Assembly: GCA_951406725.2 (NCBI GenBank) | Contig: OX597838.1 | Location: forward strand, 6,696,001 to 6,760,000 | Reading direction: 5' to 3' | Length of the DNA: 64,000 bases | From: Octopus vulgaris | Lineage: Eukaryota | Shown here: positions 12,721-26,963 of the stretch, in pieces | Layout of the letters: each line of letters begins with the position of its first letter | Numbering within the stretch: the stretch's first letter is position 1 | The notes under the pieces: generated by a model | What the model was told of the DNA's origin: nothing | The model's input: only the letters and a program-made list of their open reading frames with translations | Database searches by the model: none | Made by a program: the position numbers and the translations under genes

Positions 12721-13457
12721 GTATATATTATATATATATGTATATGTTATATATATATACGTGTGTGTATGTATGTATGTATGCATATATATGTGTGTAT
12801 ATGTGTATGTATGTGTGTGTGTGTCTCCATATCACTTATACATCCTGGTAATCTTGTTGTAGATGTTGAGAATGTTGACAAGTCATTCACACACTATATA
12901 TATATATTCTTTTTTTTATTTCTTTACGCTTTTTTTTTTTTTATATATTTCTGTATCTATTTTGTATTGTTTTGTATTTTCCTTCCTCGAATTCTCCTTC
13001 CTTGCCTTTCTTTTCTCTCTTACTTCACTTCGTCTGCAAACATCGAATCTCTTCACACCGCCGTCGTTACTACCACAATTATTTCTCCTTTCGTTCGTAT
13101 TATTCTTGTTTCTACTTGTTGCACAGGTTTGTTTCTGTGTTTGTTTGTTTTTTTCTTAAATTGTTTACTTAAATTTATACAGACTGTTATACTTCTTCGT
13201 TTTTATTTGTTGTTTTTACCTCCCCTATTGATCTGCAAACTTAGCTGCAATAGTTATATCTATACCTACTGTGTGCAAATGAATTATCAGCCACCTATGG
13301 GTTGTTCTGATTGGCTAAATCCTCACAAGAAACAGCGTGACATGACAACCATTTTGAGAAGGCGAAAAATGATCGCAGCCTAAATACATACCTACCTAGC
13401 CACACTTTTCTTACCTACGTTCACTTAATAGATGTCTGTGTGTGTGAATGTATATAT

Positions 13458-13509
<52 letters not shown>

Positions 13510-13574
13510 GTATAGACATATATAGATAGATATATAAAGATATATATGTTCATATATGTATATCTATGTATACA

Positions 13575-13612
<38 letters not shown>

Positions 13613-14329
13613 AATATATGTGTGTGTAGTGTGTAAATATATATATATGAATATATATGAATACATGTATATATATATATATATACGTCAATATATGTAT
13701 ATCCATATACATCCATTTATACATACATATATACCTACCTACATACATACATACAAACATACATACATACATACATACATACAGACATACATACATACAT
13801 ACATACATACGTACGTACGTACGTACATACATAAACACACGTATACCTACGCTTTAATTTCATTAGACGCTCTGTTTTGCAAAATCTTATCTTTCGTCAG
13901 TGTTTCTGCGTGTCAGTTAAATAGTTTTTTGTTTCGCCTTTTTTTTGTTCTTTATTTTTAAAATTCATTGGGAAATTTTTATTTGATTAACAACTTTGGT
14001 TTGCGTTGATTGCACTTTTATATTTTATTTATAAATAAAATTTTATTTTCGTCTAACACATCTTGTTTGCTTAGTGACTCTTATCTACAGATTCCGACTG
14101 AAAATCTAAGGTCATGTTACATTTTCTTACATAGTACACTATTTTGTCTCATAATAGTGTAGGACGGAGATATCTATGTTGTGTTACGTCCTTCGTTATA
14201 ATGTAAGACCATCCACTTCCTCTTCTTATTGTTGTTGTTTACACACTAGACGGTGGTAATTGAGAATATAGAGGATCGCATTACAGTATGGCGCGATGAC
14301 AGAAACTTTAACAAGCTGGGCCAAAAGAT

Positions 14330-14490
14330 TACGGCATTTCGTCCGTCTTTGCGTTTTTAGTTCAAATGCTGTTGGGGTTTATTTTTCCTTTAATCCTTTC
14401 GGGGTCGTTAAAAATAGTACCAGTAGACTACTGGTGTCAATACAATCGACTTGACCCTCCACCGAAATTTTCAGTCTTGTGACAAGGGAG
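14330..14490 (+). mobile_element. SINE family A, diverged
   Basis: GGCATTTCGTCCGTCTTTGCG...ATCCTTTCGGGGTCGTTAAAAATAGTACCAG...AATCGACTT. Confidence 0.75.
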
Positions 14491-14544
14491 ATGGAGCGTA
14501 ACACGGAATGTGAGAAGCCTACCATTTGAAACGTAGGTGTTACT

Positions 14545-14680
14545 GGTTTTCCCAGCTGAATGGACTGGGACATAATGAAATAGAGTATTTTGCTCAATGA
14601 GAGAACTCGCTGCCGGCAACTGAACTCAGAACCATACGATCATGACTCGACCACCTTAAGCAGTAAGCCATGCACCTTAA
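14545..14680 (-). mobile_element. tRNA-derived SINE family C, older subtype
   Basis: Minus strand AAGGTGCATGGCTT...GAGTTCAGTTGCCGG...TGAGCAAAATACTCTATTTCA...CCAGTCCATTCAGCTGG; similar to 33077 and 47130. Confidence 0.55.
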
Positions 14681-15017
14681 CTCGATAACCCAATCTTTGG
14701 AAAACGACCATTGAACGCTGGGACTGTTTTATTTAAAGTGGTATCCATTGCTTCTTAAGATATTTCTCTTTTTCCATAATAGGTACAAAGCCTGAAATTT
14801 TTGAGGCGTGGTTCATCGCTTATATGCCGAATGCTTGAGAATGTCATTAAACTATCGACCTCCGAAAGGATGTAAGTCAAAATCGACCTGAACAGAATAG
14901 AAAACTAAGAATGTAAATCTGTAGAAATGGTAACTTGTATCTATTTTCTCTCCTGCGGACAGGATGAAAAGCAAATTCGATCTGCAGAGTATTTGAAACC
15001 GAATTGAAAAATCTAAA

Positions 15018-15100
15018 GATATAATCGACTTAATCCATCTGTCTGTCCTTGTTTGTCTCCTCTCTGTTTAGCCCCTTTTGGGTAGTAAAGAAATGGGTAG
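15018..15100 (+). mobile_element. SINE family A 3' module fragment
   Basis: GATATAATCGACTTAATCCATCTGTCTGTCCTTGTTTG...GGGTAGTAAAGAAAT. Confidence 0.8.
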
Positions 15101-15434
15101 AGGGCCAGCAATTTTTGAGCGGGTCGTCAACTGAATTACATCGATACCAGTGCGTAACTGCTACATATTTTATAAACGTTATCTCCTTTTACAATGCGTT
15201 ATAAGTTTACGTTATGTGACGCGAGAATTATGTGACGGGAATATCAAAGAACCTCCAAAATGCACAGAGTCAAGTCAGATAGCTTCAAGCAGGCACCAAA
15301 GGTCAACGATTGGAGCAATAACTGATTACAAACTAATGCTCCACGGAAGTGACTCTGTTGCAGAAAAAATTGCTCCCAAAAAGACAGGGTATTAGGTTCA
15401 GCACCTGGTCCGAGTGTATGCTACTATAGCTCTG

Positions 15435-15524
<90 letters not shown>

Positions 15525-15642
15525 TGTGTTTGTGGGTGTGTTTGTGTCTGTGTGTGTGTGTATTTGTGTAAGTATATTTGTATGTATGTATGAATGTATG
15601 AATATATGAATATGTGGATATGTAACTATATGTACACATACC

Positions 15643-15693
<51 letters not shown>

Positions 15694-15699
15694 ATATAT

Positions 15700-15845
15700 G
15701 AGACGGGCTTCTTTCTACCAGATCTGTTCACAAGAATTTTGTCGGCCTGTGGCTATATTAGAAGACATTTGCCGAAGGTGCCACGCAGTGGTACTGAACC
15801 TGGAACCATGCGGTTGGGAAAAAAGCTTCTTACTACACACGCCCG
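15700..15845 (-). mobile_element. SINE family B, 5' part
   Basis: GACGGGCTTCTTTCTACCA...GAAGACATTTGCCGAAGGTGCCACGCAGTGGTACTGAACCTGGAACCATG. Confidence 0.8.
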
Positions 15846-15859
15846 ACATACATACTTAC

Positions 15860-15890
<31 letters not shown>

Positions 15891-16289
15891 GAGTGCGCGT
15901 GTGTACGCGTGTGTGTGTATATATATGTTGTGGTGTATGAGATTCTCTGCCTACATATGTGTATCTGTGTGTGTGTGTGTATCTGTGGTGTGTTCATACG
16001 AAATTAATTAAACAGACCAATAAAAATATCCAGCCGAGTAACAACTCACTTCAAACACACAATAACCACTCTACATGTGTTTTCTATGAAACTCCCATTC
16101 TGTGTTAACTCGTTCTGAAAATCTCCCTACACGCAACATTTCGGCGAGCGTTTCCATACTCACACAAATTTGTATGTTTTGTATTCATGCAGCTTACTCT
16201 ACATGAATATATGGCTGTCAATTTATATATATATATAGATAGATATATGTATGTATGAATATGTGCATAGGTAATTATGTGTATACATG

Positions 16290-16340
<51 letters not shown>

Positions 16341-16452
16341 GGGTTTGGAGATGATGTACAGGTATTATATATTAGAATATTATATATAATCTTATATATC
16401 ATATATATAATATATACATATATATATGGTGTTTATACATACATATATATAT

Positions 16453-16488
<36 letters not shown>

Positions 16489-16502
16489 GAGAGAAATATA
16501 AA

Positions 16503-16540
<38 letters not shown>

Positions 16541-16546
16541 TATATA

Positions 16547-16643
<97 letters not shown>

Positions 16644-17380
16644 GTATATGGGTGTATTCGTTTCAAAATCTGTAGGTCTGCAGCCCACACAAGTTTCATC
16701 TTTATACATATGTATATGCATATGTGTGTGTTTGTGTGTGTAGGGCGAAAGTGTCTGTGCGCCCACGTTCGTGTGAACAAATGTCTATGCAAGTAATATT
16801 CAACATATGCATATCTAAATCTATATGAAGCATTAAATATTACAAAGGCCACAATAAAATTTTTACACTGCGAATGTTTTGAAGTTTCTGTATCTCTGAA
16901 ACAGTCACACGTGATTCGATATATTTAAAACTTGTATACACACATACATAGATATGTAATTACTACGAGCTAATATCACGCATATTTCCGATATTTTAAG
17001 AGGTTAGATCTTGCAGTCTATTCATTGGATGTATAGAATTGAATGGTAGTTCCACGTAATTCATAATTTTATGAATATTTGTTGAGCGCTATTTGTGAAA
17101 ACACCTCCTTAAAGCCAGTTATGCTGTTCCCCATTGTGATTAAACACACACGGAACCTCTCTCTGTCTGTCTCTCTCTCACTTTCTCTCGCCCTCCCTCT
17201 ATCTCTTTCTCTCGCCCTCCCTCTCTCTAGCACTCCTCTCTCTCTCTCGTATGTTCCAATCATCCCCCTGTATCTCTCTGTCTCTCACTTATTTACATAA
17301 GCATATATGGGTATTAGTATATTTGCGCATATAAATGCATATATGCACATATTCATGTGGTTGCGAAATATAGATAGATA

Positions 17381-17420
<40 letters not shown>

Positions 17421-18029
17421 TACATACATACACGCACACGCAGACACAGACACACAAAAATATATATATATATACACTGTATTATCACGAATAAATACTT
17501 GATATATGTATGTGTATAAAAATGTGTGTGTGTGTGTGTTTGTGTGTGTGTGAATTAATTTACACATGTACACACACACACGGTGATACACACGTAGAAA
17601 CACACCCGGTTAGGTACAGGCACATATATATTGTTTTCTGGCCAAATGATATGTACATATATCGAATGATTCTGAGGTCAGTGTTTATTAAAATACAATT
17701 TCATTTCCAATATGTAATAAAATGTCTGCAGACAGAATCTAAATTTCATGAACGCCAGCCGGCTAAGCGAGGACCATTATCTGCTAGGTCCTGTTGATAA
17801 TGCCAACCAATGGAGTCACCAACACAAAAACCTTAGTGTTACGGGACTTGTGCATATTCTAGTCCGGTTGCTGCTCCTATTTCGCCTGTTGCTGGCTGTG
17901 CACCGTGAACTTCAAGTTTTGAATATTCCGATGAAGATATGTCTAGTAGTTCGATATGCAGTGATCACAATGTCTTACCACCTGAAGCTTTTGTCGAATC
18001 AATCTTTTTGCCAAAATATCAAGGCAAGC

Positions 18030-18690
18030 CATTCTTGCCGCAAATAAAACTGCACATCGTCAAAATACTCTTGACTGCCTGATGTAATAGATTATCGCAG
18101 CAATTACATGAAACCGGTCACAGTTCCATCAAAAGGGAGCGGGCCAATTTACCCTTCTGCTGTTATGCCGCAACATAATGCCATCCCTGGTATAATTCTT
18201 TTATAATATTCAGAGTAGATAAGACGGCGAGCTGGCAGAAACGTTAGCACGCCAGGTGAAATGCTTTGAGGTATTTCGCATGTCGCTACGTTCTGAGTTC
18301 AAGTTCCGCCGAGGTCGACTTTGCCTTTCATGCTTTCGGGGTCGAAATATTAAGAATCAGTTGCGTACTAGGGTCTATCTAATCGACAGGCCCATTCATC
18401 CAAAATTTCGAGTCTTGTGCCTAGAGTAGAATAGAATATTCAGAGTAGATACATCTGTCCAATATAGGTGCAATTATCGTGGTTAATTGTGTTATTTAAT
18501 TTAAATGAAGTTTTATCATACCAAAAGTTCTTTGTTGAAGATAAACCCTTGTCAAACATCTCGTAACCCCCCAAACCCCGCTCTTCTCACCGTATCAACT
18601 TCATTAAGAGCTACAGCTACTTTTGGAACGTAACTGTTCATATGACAACACTTGAATATGCGATAGAAACTAGAATTTCAAGTAGGAACT
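18030..18690 (-). pseudogene. Decayed Tc1/mariner-superfamily transposase interrupted by a SINE
   Basis: Minus-strand translation across frameshifts: SSFYRIFKCCHMNSYVPKVAVALNEVDTVRRAGF...FWYDKTSFKLNNTINHDNCTY...PGMALCCGITAEG*IGPLPFDGTVTG...FYLRQ; resembles the WSDEAxFxLNGxVNxHN and WCGISxxGxIGPFFFxGTV motifs of IS630-Tc1-mariner transposases. Confidence 0.7.
18222..18434 (+). mobile_element. SINE family A (tail type 2) with 17-bp target-site duplication
   Basis: Flanked by AATATTCAGAGTAGATA at 18205-18221 and 18435-18451. Confidence 0.93.
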
Positions 18691-18746
18691 CAGTACACGA
18701 ACGTCTCTAATGACGAATAAATCGCCCTTTATATATATGTATATAT

Positions 18747-18833
18747 GTGGAGGCGCAATGACCCAGTGGTTAGGGCAGCGGACCCGCGGTCGTAGGATTG
18801 CGTTTCGATTCCCAGACCGGGCGTTGTGAGTGT
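18747..18833 (+). mobile_element. SINE family C head (tRNA-like)
   Basis: GTGGAGGCGCAATGACCCAGTGGTTAGGGCAGCGGAC...TTTCGATTCCCAGACCGGGCG; matches the reverse complement of 28742-28830. Confidence 0.85.
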
Positions 18834-19464
18834 ATACAAGACGTAGGTATACACATAGATATAGTCACATATAAAAATGGATTCCAGGTAGCTTCCGTCT
18901 ACCACATTTAATATAAGGCATTAGTCGTTCCCGGAGGTGCAGTAGGAGACAATTGGCTGTCTAAAATGACTGAAGTCGAAGCGGAGTTGGTGGAAACGCG
19001 AGTTTCTTAACGACACAGTTGCGCATACGTCTTATATGTGTTAAAATATACGTCTGTTTTCATGAATAGACTTTTATAGATAGATACGTTGAAAAACCGA
19101 GAGAGGAATAGAAGGAGGAGGTGACGAAGAAGAAGGAGGGGGAGAAGAAGAAGAAGAAGAAGAAGAAGAAGAAGAAGAAGAAAAAGAAGGGGAAGAAAAA
19201 GAAGAAGAAGAAAACGGAGGGGAGGGGAGGAGGAGAAGATGAAGAAGAAGAAGAAGATCTGGACAAGAATATAGTAATAGATTTCTAGACAGTTGTAATT
19301 AAAGCGTTAATAAAGACCAATTAAGAAGTGAAAACGAAAAAAATTAAGTCTAAGCATTCAAGAAAAATAATAAAAAATATGTAAAATTGGAACTAAATAT
19401 ATAAGCAAATTGTTTACATAAATGTGCATATGTGCATGCATATGTATAGCTATATCTATCTATT

Positions 19465-19522
<58 letters not shown>

Positions 19523-20653
19523 CTTTTATCGATCTGTATGTATGTTTATATCTATGTATCTGTCTGTCTATCTTTTGTGTTTATACCTCTCTATCTGCAT
19601 GTGTGTATGCGTGTAGTCGAGTGTATGTGTGTAGTCGAGTGTATGTGTGTGGGTGTGTGTATGTATTCATACTAGTGTGTATGAGTGTATATGTATGTAT
19701 GTAAGGACAGATTGATGGATGGGTGCTTACATATGTATATCTACCAGCTTTTGTTGCGCTAAATACTCATGGATTTGGGCCTTTGTGATTTTGAATCAAC
19801 ACATTTTAATATAATCAAAAACGAGTCAGTGTTTTTTGGTTTATTTGTTTTTAATCAATGAATTGACTTTTTATGAGGTCATTCCTATGTACAATATAGA
19901 CAATTTCCGCGTCAGTACCTTAAACACATTATTTTTTTCTCTTCATTAGAACAAGCGTCTTCCTGATTAATGCGCTGACATAATTATTGAAAAAAAACAG
20001 ACAAACCTTTAACTAAATTGTTTTAATTGAATTTATTTCGATTTTATAATGCAGCCGTCATAAAATTTCTATGGTCGAGGGATATTTAATTGTTGAAAAA
20101 ATATTGCTGTCGAATATATTTCGATAAATTTACTTTAAATATTGTAGCAATGAAAGCTATTAAAATAGTAGCTTTTTTTAAATTATTTTATAAATCATAT
20201 TGTTTTTCATTCTGAGTGTTGGTACGGCATTCACATTGTGTATTTTACGTATTTGTTGTGATATATTTATTTTTGGTATCTCGTTCTCTTGTAATAACCA
20301 TAATGGGTTTCACTGTTGTGATGCAATCTCACCACTAACAAATTAGCTTTCGTCCTTTTCGACAGAAAAAAGGTAGGGTTATGTTATTCCATTTCATTAT
20401 CTTTTGTCCTCTCAACACATGCCTATGATGCTCCCCCACTAATTCTGCTCGTGGTCAGAGATATACATATCGTCGGCCACTAAGGGAAATGTTCAACTGG
20501 TTAAGGTCAAATAACTGACAAGCAAATCTGTGGTATGGAGCAGAATATTTACTATAGCCCATCTTTTATACCAAGACAAAACAATGTACATGAGAACACT
20601 TCCAATCAGTTAAGATCAGCAGCCACGAGAGCCACTGCTTGGTACTGCATCAG

Positions 20654-20858
20654 GACAATTATGATTATTATGATTATTATTATTGTTATTGTTGTTGTTG
20701 TTGTTGTTGTGTTGCTGTTGTTGTTGTTGTTGTTATCGTCGTCGTTGTTGTTTTTGTTATTGTCGTCGTCGTCGTCGTTGATGTTGTTGTTGTTGTTGTT
20801 GCTGTTGATGTTGTTATTATTATCATTATTATCATTATTATTATTATTATTATTATTA

Positions 20859-20908
<50 letters not shown>
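20654..20908. repeat. (ATT)n/(GTT)n/(GTC)n trinucleotide mosaic
   Basis: Direct reading. Confidence 0.95.
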
Positions 20909-20909
<1 letters not shown>

Positions 20910-21926
20910 TAGATATCGTAAACCCCAGGAAATATGCAATGCAAACACCTGTTCTGTGTCACTCATTTTACTGGGCAAATTTGTCAACTGATTAATAAGT
21001 TTTGTCATCGGCTCAGACTAACAAATCATGTCATTCGTAAGTTTGAGGTTCGAGACGAAAAGACAGCTACACACCGGGTTATTTATGTAATTTTATAATT
21101 TCGATAGAATGTTCGAAAAAATCGATTAGTTAATTGGGTATTTGGTTAACTACTACTTAACTAATAGTATCGCTATATCAGTTTCCAAGTATCTACGATG
21201 CGCATGAGCTGATTCTAAATTCCATCAACGTTATTAAATGACTGCAATAGAAATCTAGGTTGAGTCATATTAAGTGTAAATCGATCAGCCAAGATTGTCT
21301 GTCGAATTGAAATCAAGCAATTAGTTAAATAAAATAGAATTGATAAATTTCGGAAGAACATTAAAACTAAAATGTGTTTTTTTTTTTATTTTTATTTTCC
21401 TACTAGCGGTCGGCATTTACAAGTATTTCTATGTCATCCGTAAGAGATGTAATGTGAAGTCATACTACAGAAAACAACTTTTGCTACAACAACGAAGAAC
21501 GATCAGCGAATGAAAAGCTTTTCATGCATAAAATTAATTATTTCTACTCTCCACTTTACGGTACTTATTGTATTTTATTTAAATAGATTTCGTCAATTGT
21601 TGTTAAAAGTGGAATTAGTAATAAAAGTTGTAAAGTTCCGGCCAGGTATTTTATAGACAGGTGGTACATAATGAGCACGTAACTTCACGTAACTTCACAA
21701 TAGGTCGAAACGAAAAATTGGAAATAAATAAGTCAACTAATACATGATTAAATAAATAAAGCAGACGGACATATGGTCTGTCTGACGTGGATGCAGACGA
21801 ATATTGATGTGAGGGAGTAAAAGAGAATATATGAGACACTGAATAATATGCTGGTATATATATAATCTCTAACTTACAGATTATCGACTTGTGAAGAGTT
21901 ATTAGGCACATAAATATAAATAAATA

Positions 21927-22045
<119 letters not shown>

Positions 22046-23489
22046 TGCAGGTGTGGTTGTGGCAGTGTGGTAAGAAGCTTGCTTTTCAACTACATGGTTC
22101 TGGGTTCACCTTGCTGAAGTGGTTTTGAGAGAGAGACAGAGACAGAGACAGAGAGACGCACAGAGAGAAAGGCAGAGAGAGCGAGAGGCACAGAGAGAAA
22201 GGCAGAGAGAGAGAGGCAGAGAGAGAGAGATTGAGAGAGTGAAAGATAGGGAACTTGTGTGATCCAGACTTGCTCGGCATAAAAAGTGTGTCGCACCGCT
22301 CAATTTATTTGAACTTATTTTCTCGATCGAAACTATGTCTGCGGAGTAAAACAAAAAGGATTCCAGGTTTGCTGGAAAAAAAAGAGAACCAAAGATTGAG
22401 AAACAAAAATTGGCAGATTTCAGCGGTGGTGCCCCAGCATGGCCGCGGCCTTCGGGCTAAAACATTTTAAAGGATTTAAGATATATTTTACAGAACAGTT
22501 TTACAGGACATACCCTACATACAGACACATCAGGTTTGAGAGCCTAGTATTTGAGGTGCAGCTGCTCCTTCTCTGGGCTCGGAATTACGTAACAGTTTTA
22601 AGGTTGGTAGGTGGAGTATGATAAATGTCAAGGATATGTGTCCAGTAGTGGTTGCTTATGAACATTACGGTAAAGGCCGCCTTCGTTTTCAGGGTGAAAC
22701 TAATGTCAACTAGAGGTACACATCACAATTCGAGAGAATTCAAAAGTAGAATAGATGAAAATGAAGGTGAATTGAAGTAGGTGGAAGATGATATTAGCAG
22801 GTTGTGGGGGATGTGGGTTTGTTGAAGAATAGAAACGGCAAGTAAAGATAGGTGAGGCAGAGCTGTGAGAGAGAGGGCTGAGTTACCAAGGGATTTACAG
22901 GGAGGTAGAATTGCCGAGTTGAGTGATTAGTGACAAGGAGTGAGATGAGTAGGTGGAAAGTATTCTGAAGTGTTGGGTCATTGTTGGGTGTTTTGAGAAG
23001 ATTTGTTATTCATAAAGGATACTGAAGACTATATATCCAGAGGAAAAATCGATAAATGAAGTTAGGAATGATGTTGAGATAGGGGAACAGATGGGCTATT
23101 GAGAAAGAGAAGTCGGTACAATGAGAGAAACGATGGCCAGGTATTAAAATGCAGTTGCCGGCAAGAAGGCAATGGGTAAATTCAGACAATTAGAGTGATT
23201 TGACTTTAGAAGAATAATAATGAAGTAGGGAGCAAATTACTAGAGTAAACTGAGAGAGGTATAAACAGAGGGAAAAATGGATAGAATGGTACGAATGGCA
23301 ATTGGTAAGTAATGCTAAGCGGGTTTGCTTACTAAGACGAGCAAGGGTACGAACAGGAGGAATGAGGTGCTGGCCAAGGAGAATATGCTGAGAATATGCG
23401 AAGTGAATTGATAGAGAATAGATAGATATATACATTCTTTTACCTAGTAATATTCCATTGTTCTGTTTTGACGAACTTCTATGTTATGA

Positions 23490-23720
23490 GGATGAGCTGG
23501 CAGAAACGTTAGCACGCCGGGCGAAATGCGTAGACGTATTTCGTCTGCCGTTACGTTCTGAGTTCAAATTCCGCCGAGGTCGACTTTGCCTTTCATCTTT
23601 CGGGGTCGATTAAATAAGTACCAGTTACGCACTGGGGGTCGATATAATCGACTTAATCCGTTTGTCTGTCCTTGTTTGTCCTCTCTGCGTTTAGCCCCTT
23701 GTGGGTAGTAAAGAAATAGA
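23490..23720 (+). mobile_element. SINE family A, young copy
   Basis: GAGCTGGCAGAAACGTTAGCACGCCGGGCG...GTGGGTAGTAAAGAAATAG. Confidence 0.92.
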
Positions 23721-23734
23721 TATAGACAGAACAG

Positions 23735-23915
23735 CATCTGTTGTCAAGTGCTGGTGTGGAGACAAATGCACTCGCACACACATACTCACACATATACACA
23801 CATAAATATATACATAACAGTATATACGAAGGGTCTCTTGCTTTTCTGTTTACCAAATCCTCTCAAAAGGTTTTTAGCCGACCCGAGGCAGTAGTAGAAA
23901 ACAGAGCCACGCCTG
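23735..23915 (-). mobile_element. SINE family B, internally deleted copy
   Basis: CAGCATCTGTTGTCAAG...TACCAAATCCTCTCAAAAGG...GCCACGCCTGCG. Confidence 0.7.
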
Positions 23916-23931
23916 CGCTTCTCTGTATATA

Positions 23932-24333
23932 TACTCTTTTTACTCTTTTACTTGTTTCAGTCATTTGACTGCGGCCATGCTGGAGCACCGCGTTTAGTCG
24001 AGCAAATCGACCCCGGGACTTTTTCTTTTGTAAGCCCAGTACTTATTCTATCGGTCTCTTTTGCCGAACCGCTAGGTAACGGGGACGTAAACACACCAGC
24101 ATCGGTTGTCAAGCAATGCTAGGGGGACAAACACACTCACATACACATATATACATATATATACATATATACGACAGGCTTCTTTCAGTTTCCGTCTACC
24201 AAATCCACTCACAAGGCATTGGTCTGCCCGGGGCTATAGCAGAAGACACTTGCCCAAGATGCCACGCAGTGGGACTGAACCCGGAACCATGTGGTTGGTA
24301 AGCAAGCTACTTACCACATAGCCACTCCTGCGC
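23932..24333 (-). mobile_element. SINE family B, full-length young copy (tRNA head, CORE-like segment, internal microsatellite, (AAAAGAGT)n tail)
   Basis: Minus strand: GTGGCTATGTGGTAAG...GGGTTCAGTCCC...CTTGGGCAAGTGTCTTCT...GGTGCTCCAGCATGGCCGCAGTCAAATGACTGAAACAAGTAAAAGAGTAAAAAGAGT; colinear with 47853-48303 and 34458-34825. Confidence 0.92.
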
Positions 24334-24997
24334 CTATGTGTATAAATATATATATTTTTGCTTATGTGATCGGTAAGCGTCTGTGTGTTTATACGTAAGT
24401 ACGTCCGTATATATGCTTAACATACATATGTACGTACGTGTGTGGATGGGTGGATGGTTGAGAAGCCAATATGTATGTGTGTGTGTGTATGTGTGTGTAT
24501 GTATCGGTAACAACCCAAACGAATTGATATTGCGCCAAACATTGTCGAATTCCACAAACCTGAAGCAACAGAAAGAAATCTGTGATATCAAGAACTAAAA
24601 AAAAAAAATATATATATCAAACTACAAAAAACATAAATATGCAAAAGAACAAAAGAAATCAGATTTCACTTGTTTCCGTTTCAAACTGGACGTGTTAAAT
24701 ATTCACTGATTGTGATGGTTGTGATGAACCGGTGTCCTTTCACATTAGCTGTCTTATCTCAACTCCACCAACCAGAAACGTAATATAAATTCACAGATAC
24801 AATACACATAACGTACATGCACATGCACATTCATACACACACATACAGATAGGCACGCACACACGCACACATGCACACGTATATGTCTGTGTGTATGTAT
24901 GTTTGCATATATGTAAATATATATATATATATATGCATATGTACAAAAGCTGTATATATATCTACACTTCCACACATATGCATACATATATATATGC

Positions 24998-25289
<292 letters not shown>

Positions 25290-25662
25290 CGGCAAGCGCA
25301 ACTACATACAAAACAAAATGGACGAAACAGACTCAGAGGGAATATTTCAAAAAAATAAAACGCCAAAAAAAGAATAGGTGTTTCGTATTTGATTTGCGCT
25401 ACAGTCATGTCTCTGGTGTCGTGGTCAACAAAAAAGGTTGACCCTCACCAAATTGTCTGTATGGAATTCTCTGCCAAACTTTACTGATAAGTCTTTCTGC
25501 GATTTGTGTTTGCTATTTGGTTCAGTATTTTATTATCTATTGTGTTCGATTTATGCTTATTTTTTTTTACCCAGCGTATATGCTGTCTCTCAGCATGAAT
25601 TATAAATAAGAGTCAGTTTTATGTATATATGCATATGTATATATGTATATGTATACATGTAA

Positions 25663-25716
<54 letters not shown>

Positions 25717-26759
25717 CGGGAAGCTTTATGAAAATAAACAAAAGACGAAGGCAGGTGGAAAACAAACGAACAATTGTATTAGTATGGCGCTCAGGAAATA
25801 TAAATAAAACAAATATATATATACATATACATATATGTATATATATATATATAAATATATATATATAAATATATATATATATACATATATATATGAATGT
25901 GAATGGACACATGCACACAAACATAGATGATTGTGATTGTGTATAAGTTTCTTCGTGTGTATAATATATATATATATATAATATGCGTATATACACACAC
26001 ATGATTTTGTATAAATGTGTAAAAGTGTCTACGTGTGTATAATATATATACACACACACATATAAAATATGTATATACACACGCACACACACACACACAC
26101 ACATATATGCACATAGGAATCTACCTATTTGTGTGTGTGTGTGTGAGTGAGTGTTTTTAAACACATTTTAACATATAGACACACGTTTCTCCCTGTGTGT
26201 TTGTGTGTGTGCACGTATGTGTGTGTGTGCACGTATGTGTGTGTATGTGTGTGTGTGTGTGTGTGTTTGTGCACGTATGTGTGTGTGCGTGAATATATAT
26301 GTGTATACCTGTGTGGATGTGATTTTTTGCTTAGCCTGCCTGTGTCTGAAAAATCAAAATCAAAACTCGATTTCCAGACAGGCAGAACTGTTATGTGGTC
26401 CCTTTGGAGCTATCAATATTTATAGTTTTATCATTAGGTGAGAGTGATATGTCGGGATGAAATTTTACAATCGTTAATTTGTATGATTAGACAAAAAATG
26501 AGAGAAAGACAAACGGCAAAGCTTTATGCAGTTACGTCCCCTTTATCTCTCCCCTCTTCTATATCTGTCCTTCCATGAATCTATCCGTCTAACTGTCCCT
26601 CCATCTAACTATGTGTCTATCTATTTACCTATTTATTTGTGTCAATATCTTTCTCACTGTCAATCTCTCTGTATATATGTATATAGAGAGAGAGCTCTCC
26701 TGTTTGACCCCACTGTCCAGCATTCGCCATGATAGATTGATAGCCACAATACCTTTTTC

Positions 26760-26910
26760 TATTTTCTGTCCCTGTTTATTTCTCTGTTCCTTTCTGTCGA
26801 AGTGCGTAGGCTCGAAAGGTAAAAGATTTTCACACTTCTTGAGCGTTAAACTAATACATCTGCTGGTTGTTTATATACCCGTCTTCGTTTTTTGTTTTTC
26901 TTTTAAATTC
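26760..26910 (+). mobile_element. Short repeat family H (Penelope-LTR-like) with hammerhead-like motif at 26790-26825
   Basis: Homologous to 40255-40415 (-) and 43950-44110 (+); CTTT-CTGTCGA-A-GTGC-GTAG-GCTC-GAAA-GG-TA-AAAG. Confidence 0.7.
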
Positions 26911-26922
26911 TCTCTCTCTCTC

Positions 26923-26963
<41 letters not shown>

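Noticed and set aside
12562-13383. Longest ORF (273 aa)
   Set aside because: Built from (TA)n, (TG)n and T-rich low-complexity sequence; no recognisable protein.
13290-13385. CTGATTGGCT (CCAAT box) and CCATTTT motifs
   Set aside because: Short motifs with no linked gene or transcription evidence.
18747-18825. tRNA-like sequence (also 28745-28830 and SINE A/B heads)
   Set aside because: A/B boxes are present but there is no good acceptor stem, and each continues into SINE body; these are SINE heads, not tRNA genes.
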